This document shows positions 28,893 to 39,258 of a stretch of 64,000 nt of DNA, piece after piece; position 1 is the stretch's first letter; each line of letters begins with the position of its first letter. Made by a program: the position numbers and the translations under genes. The notes under the pieces are model-generated. The model worked only from the letters and a program-made list of their open reading frames with translations. It searched no databases and was not told the DNA's origin. Source of the stretch: an uncultured Elusimicrobia bacterium (GTDB taxonomy: Bacteria > Elusimicrobiota > Elusimicrobia > 2-01-FULL-59-12); assembly GCA_963702895.1 (NCBI GenBank), contig OY969767.1, positions 992,001-1,056,000 on the forward strand. Reading direction: 5' to 3'.

Positions 28893-29177
28893 CGTAGACG
28901 TCCGCATTGGCCGGCAGGTCCAGGCGCCTGACGGTACCCAGGAGGAAGCACGCCAGGTATCCTTTCGGCAGCCACTCACGCAGCACGGGCGGCATCAGCA
29001 ACACTTGATCGGGTTCACACGGGCGGTGTCTTTTGCTCATCGGTTCTCTTCCATCGATCTGTCGACGAAGAAATTATCCAATACCCGGGAGGCGTTCGCA
29101 AATCGGCCATCGACGACAAATCCACAGTATATCGTAGGAAGAAACATGGCCGCATCGGCTTTTACTCGGACACGCTC
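28885..29177 (-). mobile_element. IS1182-family relic: candidate left end plus first 51 codons of transposase
   Basis: Hand translation of 29040..28885 gives MSKRHRPCEPDQVLLMPPVLREWLPKGYLACFLLGTVRRLDL, matching the IS1182 N-terminal pattern (DQxLLMPPxLxEWLP). Candidate terminal repeat GAGCGTGTCCGAGTA at 29177-29163. Confidence 0.72.
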
Positions 29178-30163
29178 TTCGATTCCGCATATCGGAACGA
29201 CGATAGACTTTTGAGGCTCAAGCCTTCATGCCATAAAGCCACCATTCCCATGCATGCAATCATCACGAATTGAACACTATGAATGGTCAGCATGACGGGA
29301 AGAGCATGTTCTTTGGGTATTCCCAAGAGGGCAAGTGCCGTAACACCAAAAAACTCGAACGTGCCAATATAACCGGGTGCCTGGGGAAGCGCCACGGATA
29401 AGCCTAAAGCGAAAAGCAAGAAGAAAGCCCCTGCGTAGGGAAGCGGTACGGCCAAAGCTTGTGCCACCAGATAGAGGAACGTGGCTTCTGTTGTCCAAAC
29501 AAGGAGGGAAACAAGGGAAACGGTCGCCGCGGTGCCAACGGGCATGTTGCTCACGGTACTCTGTGTAATCTGGTCGATCATGTGAAGGGCCCTCGTCTTC
29601 CATATCGCAGAGATCGTGGACCGCCCGATCCATCTTTTCAAGGCATGCTGCGTGTGTTGAATGATGACCAGAAGGAGAAATCCAACAAGACAGAACCCCC
29701 CCATAAGCCAGGCGCCTTTTTTCATGTAAGGAGGAAAAGGATAAAAATACGAAGCCACAATAAATATAAGGAGAAAACTAGCGGCGTCAAAAAGGCGCTC
29801 CATCACAACACTTCCGAAAGCAGCTGTTTTTGAAATCGCGCAGGCACGGCTGCACAGAACGGCTCGAACAAGTTCCCCGACACGAAAAGGGAATATATTA
29901 TTGGCGAAAAAGCCTATGGAGAGGATACGAAATAGCTTCAGGAATCGTATGTTGCCACCCAATCGGATGAGCCTCGCCCAACGACCGGTTCTGAGCGCAA
30001 GGCCCAAGGGACAAAGCACCATCGCCGAGCCAAGGATAAGAAGGTTCGCTTGATGGAGAGACACGAACAGCTGCTGAAAAGAGATGCCACGGAAAGCAAA
30101 ATACGAACATACTCCCGCAATCAAAAGGCCTATCCCAGCGTGTTTTTTCATCTGGAGAGGCAT
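29162..30163 (-). CDS. Lysylphosphatidylglycerol synthase TM-domain / UPF0104 flippase-like protein
   Basis: GFFANNIFPFRVGELVR, ERLFD, PQAPGYIGTFE. Confidence 0.88.
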   Translation of the reverse strand: MPLQMKKHAGIGLLIAGVCSYFAFRGISFQQLFVSLHQANLLILGSAMVLCPLGLALRTGRWARLIRLGGNIRFLKLFRILSIGFFANNIFPFRVGELVRAVLCSRACAISKTAAFGSVVMERLFDAASFLLIFIVASYFYPFPPYMKKGAWLMGGFCLVGFLLLVIIQHTQHALKRWIGRSTISAIWKTRALHMIDQITQSTVSNMPVGTAATVSLVSLLVWTTEATFLYLVAQALAVPLPYAGAFFLLFALGLSVALPQAPGYIGTFEFFGVTALALLGIPKEHALPVMLTIHSVQFVMIACMGMVALWHEGLSLKSLSSFRYAESKSVSE

Positions 30164-30180
30164 TGTACACGATGGAGTAG

Positions 30181-31683
30181 TTAGTTTCGGAGGAAACGGA
30201 TATCTCTTCTGCTACGGAGGGCTTCACTGAGGTGGGTGTCCGCGGCTGCTCGTAGTTCGAGCGAAGGGCTCTTGGCATCTTTCAGCCGGTAGAGCCGAGA
30301 TAGCGCGGCATAACTGTCGGCCTGATGCGGGTCGAGGGCGATCGCATCGCGATAGAGCTGTTCAGCTTTCTGAGAATTGCCTTGTCTTTCGAACATCCTG
30401 CCAGCGCTATGGAGTTGGCTCGCTTTAAGCGGAGATAGCCATAACGGTACAAGCAGGACAAGAACAATCCCCGTGACCCAAAGCCATTCGGTGCGGATGG
30501 ACCAGGTTTTCGCGGGCTGGGTCACAAGAAGAGTGCCGGAGAGAATGAGAAACATAAACTTGTTCAGAAGATATTCCATGTTGATGGAGAGCAGACTGAA
30601 TAGGAGGACCGATGTCCAGGTGGCCAAAAAGACAGGATGCCATGCTGGTGCCGATTGAGAATTCCTCCAGCGAAGCATTCGTCGTAGAAACTCCAGCACG
30701 AGCGCCAGGGTGGCCAACATTCCGACAAAACCCGTTTCAGCAAGCAGTTGAATGAACAAACTGTGCGGGAACAAGGTGTGTGGAAATAACGCGATTTGAG
30801 AACCGTCAATTCTAAAGTAGGGGTAGGCGGTGGCGTATCCTCCAAGACCGACGCCCGTCCAGGGATGCTCCAGCCACATCCGTAAACCGGCCCCCCAGTA
30901 ATAAAGGCGGCTTGTGCCGACATAAGGACCTATATGTAAATGTAACTTGTAGCTGATGGCTGCAATCAGGCCGAGTCCTGCAGCAGAAGAAATGGCGAAA
31001 ACAGCTTTGGTGTGTCGACGCCACAGGCCCGCCAAAGATGAGCGTAACAGCACCATGGCTCCTGCTCCCAACGAAGCATAGGCCCACCAAGACCTAGCCA
31101 ACACCAGGCAGACCAAAACAGCAGCGGCAAGAATGAGGTAACGTCGGTTCCTCGCAACCTCGAAGCCCGAAAAGAACACCCAGTAAAGAATGAAGCCGGC
31201 AAATACCGTGGAATTTATTAATGTGGCGTGGATTTCCCAATAGCCTCCATAGGGTTCAGGGGTTCCCGTTCCTTGCTGCCAAATGGCCATGAGGGCCAGT
31301 GGTATAAGGACGGAACCGGCGAGAGTGAAAAAAAGTCGAACCTCTTTTTCCGTGTGGCAGACATTCACGTAAAGATAGAAAGCGAGAGCAGAGAACAACC
31401 ACCCCCACAGATCTTGCCTTGTGGTCGGTATGTCGTATGAATGCCACAAGGACGCGGTCAGGGCCAAGAGGAAAAGGACCATGGGAAGGAACAAAGGAAA
31501 GCGAAGGGGGGCCCGGTCACGCGCGCGGCCGATCAGAAAGAGGAGGCTCAGGAACGTGATCCCGGCAAAGAACACGCAAGCCGCCCACAGGTCATGGGCC
31601 GCGCGCGCCAGAGCAGCAAACCAGACCAGCACAGAAAGCCCAAGGAAAACAAGACATTCATAATACTGATCAAAAATAATCAT
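30181..31683 (-). CDS. O-antigen ligase/O-oligosaccharyltransferase family (Wzy_C) protein with C-terminal TPR
   Basis: SRLYYW..HPWTGVGLGGY..PHSLFIQLLAETG; TPR-like AEQLYRDAIALDP; start probably ATG 31683. Confidence 0.82.
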   Translation of the reverse strand: MIIFDQYYECLVFLGLSVLVWFAALARAAHDLWAACVFFAGITFLSLLFLIGRARDRAPLRFPLFLPMVLFLLALTASLWHSYDIPTTRQDLWGWLFSALAFYLYVNVCHTEKEVRLFFTLAGSVLIPLALMAIWQQGTGTPEPYGGYWEIHATLINSTVFAGFILYWVFFSGFEVARNRRYLILAAAVLVCLVLARSWWAYASLGAGAMVLLRSSLAGLWRRHTKAVFAISSAAGLGLIAAISYKLHLHIGPYVGTSRLYYWGAGLRMWLEHPWTGVGLGGYATAYPYFRIDGSQIALFPHTLFPHSLFIQLLAETGFVGMLATLALVLEFLRRMLRWRNSQSAPAWHPVFLATWTSVLLFSLLSINMEYLLNKFMFLILSGTLLVTQPAKTWSIRTEWLWVTGIVLVLLVPLWLSPLKASQLHSAGRMFERQGNSQKAEQLYRDAIALDPHQADSYAALSRLYRLKDAKSPSLELRAAADTHLSEALRSRRDIRFLRN

Positions 31684-31823
31684 TCTATCGAGGCCGTAAA
31701 ATTGAAAAGACTTTGAAGCTGAAGTCTGTTCTTCCGGCTTTGCCGGCTGTTGTCGATTCAAATGATATACTAAAAACATAAGAATGACTCCATCCGCATT
31801 AGTAAAGAATAATCAATCGTAAT

Positions 31824-32783
31824 ATGAATATTACAGATACTCGTCTATTGGTCATAGGGGGGGCGGGATTTGTTGGGTCTTATGTGGTCGATGAGCTCCT
31901 GAAGGAGCCGATCAAGGAAATCACTGTGCTAGATAATTTTATACGGGGTAAGCCTGAGAACCTGAGAGCTGCGCTAACAGACCCGCGTTTGCGAGTTGTC
32001 AAGGGCAGCATACGCGATCTTTCTTTGTTGCGCGAGCTGATGCAAGGAGTCGACTACGTCTTCCATCTTGCTGCGTTGTGGCTATTTGAATGCGTTCATC
32101 AGCCTCGAGCTGCCGTTGAGGTAAATGTGTTGGGAACCTTCAATGTGATCGAGGCCGCTCAGCAAGCAGGAGTGAAAAAAATAATCTATTCATCTTCGGC
32201 ATCGGTGTATGGTGATGCGATCACGATTCCCATGACTGAAGAACATCCATTCAATAACCGGACGATGTATGGAGCTACAAAAATCGCAGGAGAACAGTTT
32301 TTTCGGGCTTTTTACGAACAACATCAGCTGAACTATATTGGCTTGCGTTACATGAACGTGTATGGACCTAGGATGGATTATCAAGGTGCTTATGTGAGCG
32401 TGGTAATGAAAGTGCTCGATCGAATTGCGGAGGGGCAACCCCCTGTCATCTTTGGTGATGGCTCGCAAGCGTATGATTTTATTCATGTGTACGATGTCGC
32501 GCGTGCCAATGTCCTGGCTCTCAAGAGCGATGTCACGGACGATGTATTTAATGTTGGAATGGGGGTGAAGACGACCATTAACGAACTCGTGCTTCATCTT
32601 CTTTCACTGACCCAATCGTCGCTGAAGCCGGAGTACAAGCCCCAGGAACAGATGTTCGTGACGAACCGTCTTGGCAGCACTATAAAAGCAGAGCAGCGAC
32701 TCGGTTTCCGACCCACTATTTCGCTGGAGGCGGGATTGCGCAGTGTCGTAGATTGGCGGCGGTCCCGCAGTGCCATAAAATAA
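31824..32783 (+). CDS. NAD-dependent nucleotide-sugar epimerase/dehydratase (extended SDR)
   Basis: GGAGFVG, SSASVYG, YGATK, NVYGP. Confidence 0.9.
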   Translation: MNITDTRLLVIGGAGFVGSYVVDELLKEPIKEITVLDNFIRGKPENLRAALTDPRLRVVKGSIRDLSLLRELMQGVDYVFHLAALWLFECVHQPRAAVEVNVLGTFNVIEAAQQAGVKKIIYSSSASVYGDAITIPMTEEHPFNNRTMYGATKIAGEQFFRAFYEQHQLNYIGLRYMNVYGPRMDYQGAYVSVVMKVLDRIAEGQPPVIFGDGSQAYDFIHVYDVARANVLALKSDVTDDVFNVGMGVKTTINELVLHLLSLTQSSLKPEYKPQEQMFVTNRLGSTIKAEQRLGFRPTISLEAGLRSVVDWRRSRSAIK

Positions 32784-32788
32784 TCGCG

Positions 32789-33955
32789 ATGATTCCGATT
32801 ACGAAGACTGTCTTTGGTCCTGAAGAAGCTAAAGCCATTCAAGACGTCTTGTCGAGCGGCTGGGTTGTTCAGGGGCCCAGCGTTCGTCGTTTCGAAGAGA
32901 GATTTGCAGCTTTTACGCAAGCTCCCTATACAATCGCGGCAAGTTCGTGCACGACCGCGCTGCATATGGCAGTAGCGGCTTTGGGCCTCAAGGCCGGTGA
33001 AGAGGTTATTGTTCCTGCCTTTACGTGGATTGCCACCCCGAATGTTGTGGAATATATGGGCGCGCGTCCAGTTTTTTGTGACATCGATCTCGAGACCTTC
33101 AATATCGATGTCAGCCAAATCTCCTCATTAGTGACGCCCCGCACTGTGGGCATCATCCCGGTCCATTTGTTCGGGCTTTGCGCTGATATGCCCTCTCTTA
33201 TGGAGATTGCCAAGAAACACCATCTTTGGGTTGTGGAGGATGCTGCCTGCGGCTTTGGTGCACGCGTAAAGGGAGTTCACGCGGGGCTCTGGGGTGATCT
33301 CGGGTGTTTCAGCTTTCATCCTCGAAAGTCGATTACCACAGGGGAGGGCGGGATGGTGACCACGCGACATGCCAAATGGGATCGATTGATCCGTTCCTTG
33401 CGTGATCATGGGGCTTCAGTGTCCGATATAGCGCGCCACCAAAACAAGACTAGCTTCCTCCTAGCCGACTATGAGCAGCTCGGCTACAACTATCGCATGA
33501 CGGATCTCCAGGCCGCCATTGGCTGCGTCCAGATGGATCGTGCGCCGTTTCTCTTACAGCAAAGGGCGCTCCGGGCCCGGGACTACGACCGAGCCTTGGC
33601 GGGCCTTCCATGGTACCGCATACCCAAAACGCCAACGGGTTTCGTGCATGGGTATCAAGCTTACGTTGGCTTGTTCCAGCCGGAACATCCCTCCATCAAG
33701 AATGTGGGGATGATGCATGATCGCCGAAATCGTCTCATGGCGGATATGGAAAGCAAAGGTATCATGACTCGGCAAGGGACCCATGCTCCGGTTCTGCTGG
33801 GATACTATCGAGACAAATATGGATATCGTCCCGAAGATTACCCCCGTGCCTATTTTGCCGATAGGCTGAGTTTGACGCTGCCGTTGTATCCACAAATGGG
33901 GCAGACAGACGTACAGCACGTTTGCAGAGAGCTTCATGGAGCGTGGAATGCGTAG
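32789..33955 (+). CDS. DegT/DnrJ/EryC1/StrS sugar aminotransferase
   Basis: SCTTALH, EDAAC, SFHPRKSITTGEGG, GYNYRM. Confidence 0.92.
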   Translation: MIPITKTVFGPEEAKAIQDVLSSGWVVQGPSVRRFEERFAAFTQAPYTIAASSCTTALHMAVAALGLKAGEEVIVPAFTWIATPNVVEYMGARPVFCDIDLETFNIDVSQISSLVTPRTVGIIPVHLFGLCADMPSLMEIAKKHHLWVVEDAACGFGARVKGVHAGLWGDLGCFSFHPRKSITTGEGGMVTTRHAKWDRLIRSLRDHGASVSDIARHQNKTSFLLADYEQLGYNYRMTDLQAAIGCVQMDRAPFLLQQRALRARDYDRALAGLPWYRIPKTPTGFVHGYQAYVGLFQPEHPSIKNVGMMHDRRNRLMADMESKGIMTRQGTHAPVLLGYYRDKYGYRPEDYPRAYFADRLSLTLPLYPQMGQTDVQHVCRELHGAWNA

Positions 33956-35000
33956 GTTTCTTTTGGATTTCCTGGTTGATCCTGTAGAGAAAAGCTGCTT
34001 CTCTCTTGAGAGGAAGCGCATCGAAGGCGATGAATTGGAAGAAGGATCTCTACGATCCCCCCGTCGCACTTTCCTCATTCGTAACGGCATACCTCGTTTT
34101 GCCCAGTCAAATGATGACCGGCAGAAGCAAACGGAAATCAGTTTTGGGTACAAATGGTCCCAGCTTGCCTCCTATGATTCCCCCCACATGCGTGCTATAT
34201 CTCAAAAATGGCTCATCGAGCGCTATGGCTTCAAAAGCATCGACGAAATCCGGAACTATTTCTCTAAGTGCACGCGTGTATTAGATGCCGGATGTGGAAG
34301 TGGGTTTAGCGCTTCCTTATGGATGGATCCCAATTGGCGTGGCAAAGGACACGCCGAATGGATCGGTGTGGATATTTCAAGCGCGATAGATGTAGCGCGC
34401 CAGCGGCTTGGGGCCATTCCTGGCACCTCCTTTATTCAGGCCGATATCTTGGATCTTCCCTTCGAAGAGCATGCTATCGACACGATCATTTCGGAAGGTG
34501 CGCTCCACCATACACCATCTACAGAGAAGGCGTTCCAATCACTGCTTCGCATCTTGTCGCCGGGTGGCGAAATTCTTTTTTATGTCTATCGGAAGAAGGG
34601 TCCTATTCGTGAGTTTACCGATGATTACATTCGAAACCTCATTGCTTCGTTGGAGCCTGAGCAAGCGTGGGAGCGTCTTCGGCCACTAACAAGATTGGGT
34701 CAAGCTCTCGCTTCTATGAAAGCGGTTGTCCGGGTAGAAGATGACGTTCCTGATTTGGGAATCCACGCGGGGGTTTATGATATTCAGCGCTTTCTCTATT
34801 GGAACTTCGCGAAGCTTTTTTGGAATGAAGCATTTAGCTTCGATGAAAACCATCATGTGAATTTTGATTGGTACCATCCTTCTTATGCGCATCGCCATAC
34901 TGAAGAGGAAGTGCGCCGTTGGTGTCGAGAAGCTGGTCTGTCTATTGTGCACTTTGATGCTCAGGAAAGTGGTTTTACGGTGCGGGCCAGGTCCAGCTAG
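33948..35000 (+). CDS. Class I SAM methyltransferase with Trm112-like N-terminus
   Basis: LDFLVDP..IRNGIPRF, LDAGCGSG, GALHHTP, FDWYHP. Confidence 0.85.
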   Translation: MRRFLLDFLVDPVEKSCFSLERKRIEGDELEEGSLRSPRRTFLIRNGIPRFAQSNDDRQKQTEISFGYKWSQLASYDSPHMRAISQKWLIERYGFKSIDEIRNYFSKCTRVLDAGCGSGFSASLWMDPNWRGKGHAEWIGVDISSAIDVARQRLGAIPGTSFIQADILDLPFEEHAIDTIISEGALHHTPSTEKAFQSLLRILSPGGEILFYVYRKKGPIREFTDDYIRNLIASLEPEQAWERLRPLTRLGQALASMKAVVRVEDDVPDLGIHAGVYDIQRFLYWNFAKLFWNEAFSFDENHHVNFDWYHPSYAHRHTEEEVRRWCREAGLSIVHFDAQESGFTVRARSS

Positions 35001-35003
35001 ACC

Positions 35004-36890
35004 ATGTGCGGGTTAGTCGGATATATCGATACCCATCAAAACCAACGCGACGATCAGCTCATCGAGCGCATGATGGGCACAATCTCTTACCGTGGACCAG
35101 ATCATCAAGGTGTATACCGCGAAGGTCCGCTTTCCTTTGGCCATTGCCGCTTGTCTATTCTCGATCTCTCGCCTGCAGGGCATCAACCAATGATCAGCCC
35201 ATCGAAAGAGGTTGTCCTCATTTATAACGGGGAAGTCTATAACTTCCGTGAACTTCGTAAGGAGCTTGAGACGGCCGGTATTGTGTTCCGTTCTAAGAGT
35301 GATACTGAGGTAATCCTTCAAGCGTATTTGTTCTGGGGAGAAGCGTGTGTCCATCGATTTAATGGAATGTTCGCTTTTGTGTTGTGGGACAGGCGGCATC
35401 AGAAGCTCTTTATCGCGCGCGATCGGTATGGGATCAAGCCCTTGTACTGGTATTACCAAGAAGGGCTCTTGCTGTTTGCATCAGAGGTCAAAGCCATTTT
35501 GAAGCACCCGGAGGTTCGGCGAGAGATCTCACCGTACGCTCTTGATGAATACTTCTCATTCCAAAACATTTTCACTGACCTCACGCTCTTTGAGGGTGTG
35601 CGGCTGTTGCCTCCGGGGTCGTTTCTGACCTTTCATCCTGATGCTAAGGAGGGACCCAAGATCTCGCGTTACTGGGATTATCCTTTTTCGGCAGATCGAC
35701 TCAAACTCTCAGAAGAAGAGGCCACAGAGGAACTCTATTCCCTCTTTGTCCGCGCGGTCAACAGGCAACTTGTCAGTGATGTCCCCATCGGAGCCTACCT
35801 CAGCGGTGGTATGGATTCCGGATCGCTTGTGGCGGTTGCCCGTCCGAATCTTGGCCGCTTAACAACCTTTACAGGGGGGTTTGATCTTTCATCAGCGTCG
35901 GGTCTTGAGCTTGGGTTTGATGAGCGCGGAGCTGCTGAGGTATTGGCCAATTCCCTCAAAACAGAGCACTATGAAATGGTCATGCATGCGGGCGACATGG
36001 AAGCAGTATTGCCCGAATTGATCTGGCATCTTGAGGATTTGCGAGTCGGGCAATGTTATCCCAATTACTATGTGGCACGTCTAGCAGGTAAATTTGTCAA
36101 AGTGGTCTTGTCGGGGGTTGGCGGGGATGAGCTCTTCGGGGGGTATCCTTGGCGGTATTACGATGGTTTGAAGAGTCGCAATGGAAATGAATTTCTTGAA
36201 AGTTATTACGCCTTTTGGCAAAGACTGGTGACCGACGAAGAAAAGCCACTACTTTTCAATGCCCCAGTACGCAATGCCCTCAAAGGTCGTTCTACCTTTG
36301 ATATTTTCCGCGGGGTGTTTGAGGAAACGTCTCTCCCTCTTCAGTCGTCAGAGGACTTTGTGAATGCATCGCTATATTTTGAATTGAAAACATTCTTGCA
36401 CGGTTTGTTGGTCGTTGAAGATAAAGTCAGCATGGCTCATTCTTTGGAAACGCGTGTTCCATTTCTTGATAACGATCTTGTGGATTTCGCTTGTCGTCTT
36501 CCTGTCAAGTATAAACTGAAAAGCTCTGCCAATGCATTGGAGAGCGTCGATGAAGATGACCTATGCAAGTATGACCCTGCTGGACTTCGAATGAGCTCGG
36601 GCAAAGCAGTGCTTCGCAAAGCAATGGAACGACTCATCCCAAAGCAGGTCACAAGCCGGGCGAAACAGGGATTTAGTGCACCGGATGCGAGCTGGTTTCG
36701 CGGGGAAAGCATTGATTATGTGAACCGATTGTTGCGCGATCGAAAAGCTAGAATCTATACGTACCTCGAGCCCGCCTATGTCACACAACGTCTAGATGAG
36801 CATACATCGGGTCGATCGAACAACCGCCTGTTTATCTGGTCTTTGGTCAGCTTTGAGTGGTGGCTCCGTCAATTTATGGAATCGAGCTAG
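35004..36890 (+). CDS. asnB: AsnB-like glutamine-dependent amidotransferase
   Basis: MCGL, YRGPD, NGEVYN, LSGGMDS, GGDELF. Confidence 0.9.
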   Translation: MCGLVGYIDTHQNQRDDQLIERMMGTISYRGPDHQGVYREGPLSFGHCRLSILDLSPAGHQPMISPSKEVVLIYNGEVYNFRELRKELETAGIVFRSKSDTEVILQAYLFWGEACVHRFNGMFAFVLWDRRHQKLFIARDRYGIKPLYWYYQEGLLLFASEVKAILKHPEVRREISPYALDEYFSFQNIFTDLTLFEGVRLLPPGSFLTFHPDAKEGPKISRYWDYPFSADRLKLSEEEATEELYSLFVRAVNRQLVSDVPIGAYLSGGMDSGSLVAVARPNLGRLTTFTGGFDLSSASGLELGFDERGAAEVLANSLKTEHYEMVMHAGDMEAVLPELIWHLEDLRVGQCYPNYYVARLAGKFVKVVLSGVGGDELFGGYPWRYYDGLKSRNGNEFLESYYAFWQRLVTDEEKPLLFNAPVRNALKGRSTFDIFRGVFEETSLPLQSSEDFVNASLYFELKTFLHGLLVVEDKVSMAHSLETRVPFLDNDLVDFACRLPVKYKLKSSANALESVDEDDLCKYDPAGLRMSSGKAVLRKAMERLIPKQVTSRAKQGFSAPDASWFRGESIDYVNRLLRDRKARIYTYLEPAYVTQRLDEHTSGRSNNRLFIWSLVSFEWWLRQFMESS

Positions 36891-36899
36891 AGAACTCGC

Positions 36900-37874
36900 A
36901 TGCGTATCTTCTATCTGGGTGCTTCGGATATTGGTTGGGAGTGTTGCCGCATGCTCCTCGAAAGCGATTTCGAGATTGTCGGAATTCTTTCGATCCCACA
37001 GGAGTTCCGGATCAGCTGGTCTTCAATACCGGTTGTGAATGTTCGTTATAAGGGATTTGAGGACCTCGCCAAAACGAACGAGGTCCCCCTTTTTTACATG
37101 ATGACCAAGATGTCCGATCCTCTTATCGAAGAGACCATACGACGGCTTGCCCCTGACCTGATTCTTGTAGTGGGCTGGTATTACATGGTCCCGCGAAGGA
37201 TCCGCCGTCTCGCGCCGTTCGGTGCGGTCGGCCTCCATACTTCTCTTTTGCCGCGTTTTCGAGGAGGCGCACCTCTTGTCTGGGCGATGATTAAGGGTGA
37301 ATCGCGTGCGGGCGTTAGCCTCTTTTATCTTGAAGATGGTGTCGATGAAGGTGATGTAATCACTCAACAGGATTTTCCGATTGCTTTTGAAGAGGACATT
37401 GCAGATATAATTCGGAAAGCACAGATCACTTCAGTCAATCTGATGCGGGAGTATCTCCCGCTCTTGGCAGAAGGAAAAGCGCCTCGCCTCAAGCAGGATC
37501 CGTCACAAGCCACCCTAATGCCACAACGGAAGCCTGAAGACGGAAACATCCGATGGCACACCCAGTCTGCCATCGATGTCTACAATTGGGTGCGAGCCCA
37601 AACCCGACCCTATCCGGGTGCGTTCACGCATCTCTTTCAAGAAAACCTAACCATTTGGAAATCAAGACTTTGTCAGCCCGACACCTCAGCTCATATGCCC
37701 GGATCAGTTGTGTCACCGCTTTCGTCCTCTATGTGCTCTTGGGGGGTTGGCTGCGCGGATGGGCGTCTTTTGGAGATCATCGAAGTCGGGCTGCCGAATG
37801 GTCAGACTATGAGCGGGCCCGACTATGCACGGTTGAAAGGCCTCCCGTCGCGTGGACACGTTTTCGTGTCATGA
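36900..37874 (+). CDS. Formyltransferase (Fmt/ArnA-like; probably sugar N-formyltransferase)
   Basis: HTSLLPRFRGGAP, VDEGD, PYPGAF; context favours a sugar substrate. Confidence 0.82.
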   Translation: MRIFYLGASDIGWECCRMLLESDFEIVGILSIPQEFRISWSSIPVVNVRYKGFEDLAKTNEVPLFYMMTKMSDPLIEETIRRLAPDLILVVGWYYMVPRRIRRLAPFGAVGLHTSLLPRFRGGAPLVWAMIKGESRAGVSLFYLEDGVDEGDVITQQDFPIAFEEDIADIIRKAQITSVNLMREYLPLLAEGKAPRLKQDPSQATLMPQRKPEDGNIRWHTQSAIDVYNWVRAQTRPYPGAFTHLFQENLTIWKSRLCQPDTSAHMPGSVVSPLSSSMCSWGVGCADGRLLEIIEVGLPNGQTMSGPDYARLKGLPSRGHVFVS

Positions 37875-38488
37875 TCGTGGTGATCAATTATGGTATGGGT
37901 AATTCGGGCTCTGTTCTCAATATGCTCCAGAAAGTGGGAGCCCATGCTGTCGTGTCCTCCGATCCTCAGACGATCGAAAAAGCGGATAAGTTGGTGTTAC
38001 CGGGTGTCGGCGCCTTCGATCAAGGCATTCAGAACATAGAGGAGCTCCATCTTCGAGAACTGCTCAATCATCTGGTCTTGGAGAGAAAGGTCCCGATCCT
38101 TGGAATTTGCCTTGGCCTTCAGCTGTTCGCTCAGGGGAGCGAAGAAGGACATCGCTCCGGATTCGGTTGGATTGCGGCTCAAACTATCCGTTTTAGGGCT
38201 GATCGGTCTGTAGAGCCGTTACGCACGCCCCATATGGGATGGAACTCGGTCCTCACCCTTCGGCCACACAGCCTCTTTCGCGGCCTTGAGACGGAGAATC
38301 GGTTTTACTTTATTCACTCTTATCATCTAGTGTGCCATGATTCCGTGGGTGTGATTGGAAAGACTTCGTACGGGTACGAATTCGCTTCCGTCATTTGTCA
38401 CGAGAACATTATGGGGACACAATTTCATCCAGAAAAGAGCCATCGGTACGGCATGCAATTGATGAAGAACTTCATCCAGGCGTTCTGA
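37871..38488 (+). CDS. HisH-like glutaminase subunit (WbuY/AglY-like)
   Basis: YGMGN, LPGVGAF, GICLG, QFHPEKS; start ATG 37871. Confidence 0.9.
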   Translation: MIVVINYGMGNSGSVLNMLQKVGAHAVVSSDPQTIEKADKLVLPGVGAFDQGIQNIEELHLRELLNHLVLERKVPILGICLGLQLFAQGSEEGHRSGFGWIAAQTIRFRADRSVEPLRTPHMGWNSVLTLRPHSLFRGLETENRFYFIHSYHLVCHDSVGVIGKTSYGYEFASVICHENIMGTQFHPEKSHRYGMQLMKNFIQAF

Positions 38489-39258
38489 TGCTCCAGACAC
38501 GTGTCATACCTTGCCTCTTGCTCAAGGAGAGAGCGCTCGTGAAAACAGTGCAATTTGGATCTCCAAATTACATAGGAGATCCGATTAATGCCATAAGGAC
38601 TTTCAACGAAAAAGAGGTGGATGAATTGATTCTTTTGGACATTGGGGTGACGCCCCGTCACGAAGGGCCGCCCCTTGAGCTACTATCGGAAGTGACAAAT
38701 GAATGCTTTATGCCTCTCTGTTACGGAGGTGGCATTCGAAGTCTCGAGCAGGTCCAGCATATCCTTGCGCTTGGTGTCGAAAAAGTAGCCTTGAACACCA
38801 TTGCCACAGAAGATCCCTCGTTCGTCGAGAAGGTTGCCAGGAACTTTGGAAGTCAGAGCCTCGTTGTCTCGATTGACGCTCGAAAGTCTACCAAGGGATA
38901 TTCTGTATACACGAACGGTGGGACACGCCCGACCGGGGAAGAGGTGTCCGTTTATGCGCGTAAGATGGAGTCGCTTGGGGCAGGCGAGTTGCTGCTAACG
39001 TCGATCGACATGGATGGCACTATGAAAGGCTTCGATGTACCCTTGGTTCAGACAGTGATGTCCAGTGTACGTATTCCCGTGATTGTCTGCGGTGGTGCCG
39101 GTCATCTCAGCGATATCAAATCTGTCGTCCACGAGGGGAAAGCCTCTGCTGTTGCCTTAGGGAGTATGGCTGTCTACCACGGCCGGAGTCGGGCTGTGCT
39201 CATTGGCTTTCCTAGCCGTGCTGATTTGATGCGTGTTCTTCAAGGAGCGCCATCGTGA
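38488..39258 (+). CDS. HisF-like cyclase subunit (WbuZ/AglZ-like)
   Basis: RVIPCLL, YIGDPINA, YGGGI, DGTMKG; start ATG 38488. Confidence 0.9.
   Translation: MLQTRVIPCLLLKERALVKTVQFGSPNYIGDPINAIRTFNEKEVDELILLDIGVTPRHEGPPLELLSEVTNECFMPLCYGGGIRSLEQVQHILALGVEKVALNTIATEDPSFVEKVARNFGSQSLVVSIDARKSTKGYSVYTNGGTRPTGEEVSVYARKMESLGAGELLLTSIDMDGTMKGFDVPLVQTVMSSVRIPVIVCGGAGHLSDIKSVVHEGKASAVALGSMAVYHGRSRAVLIGFPSRADLMRVLQGAPS

Noticed and set aside
37871..39258. Histidine biosynthesis hisH/hisF
   Set aside because: No other his genes are present, and linkage to a WbuX-like gene indicates sugar amidination paralogues.
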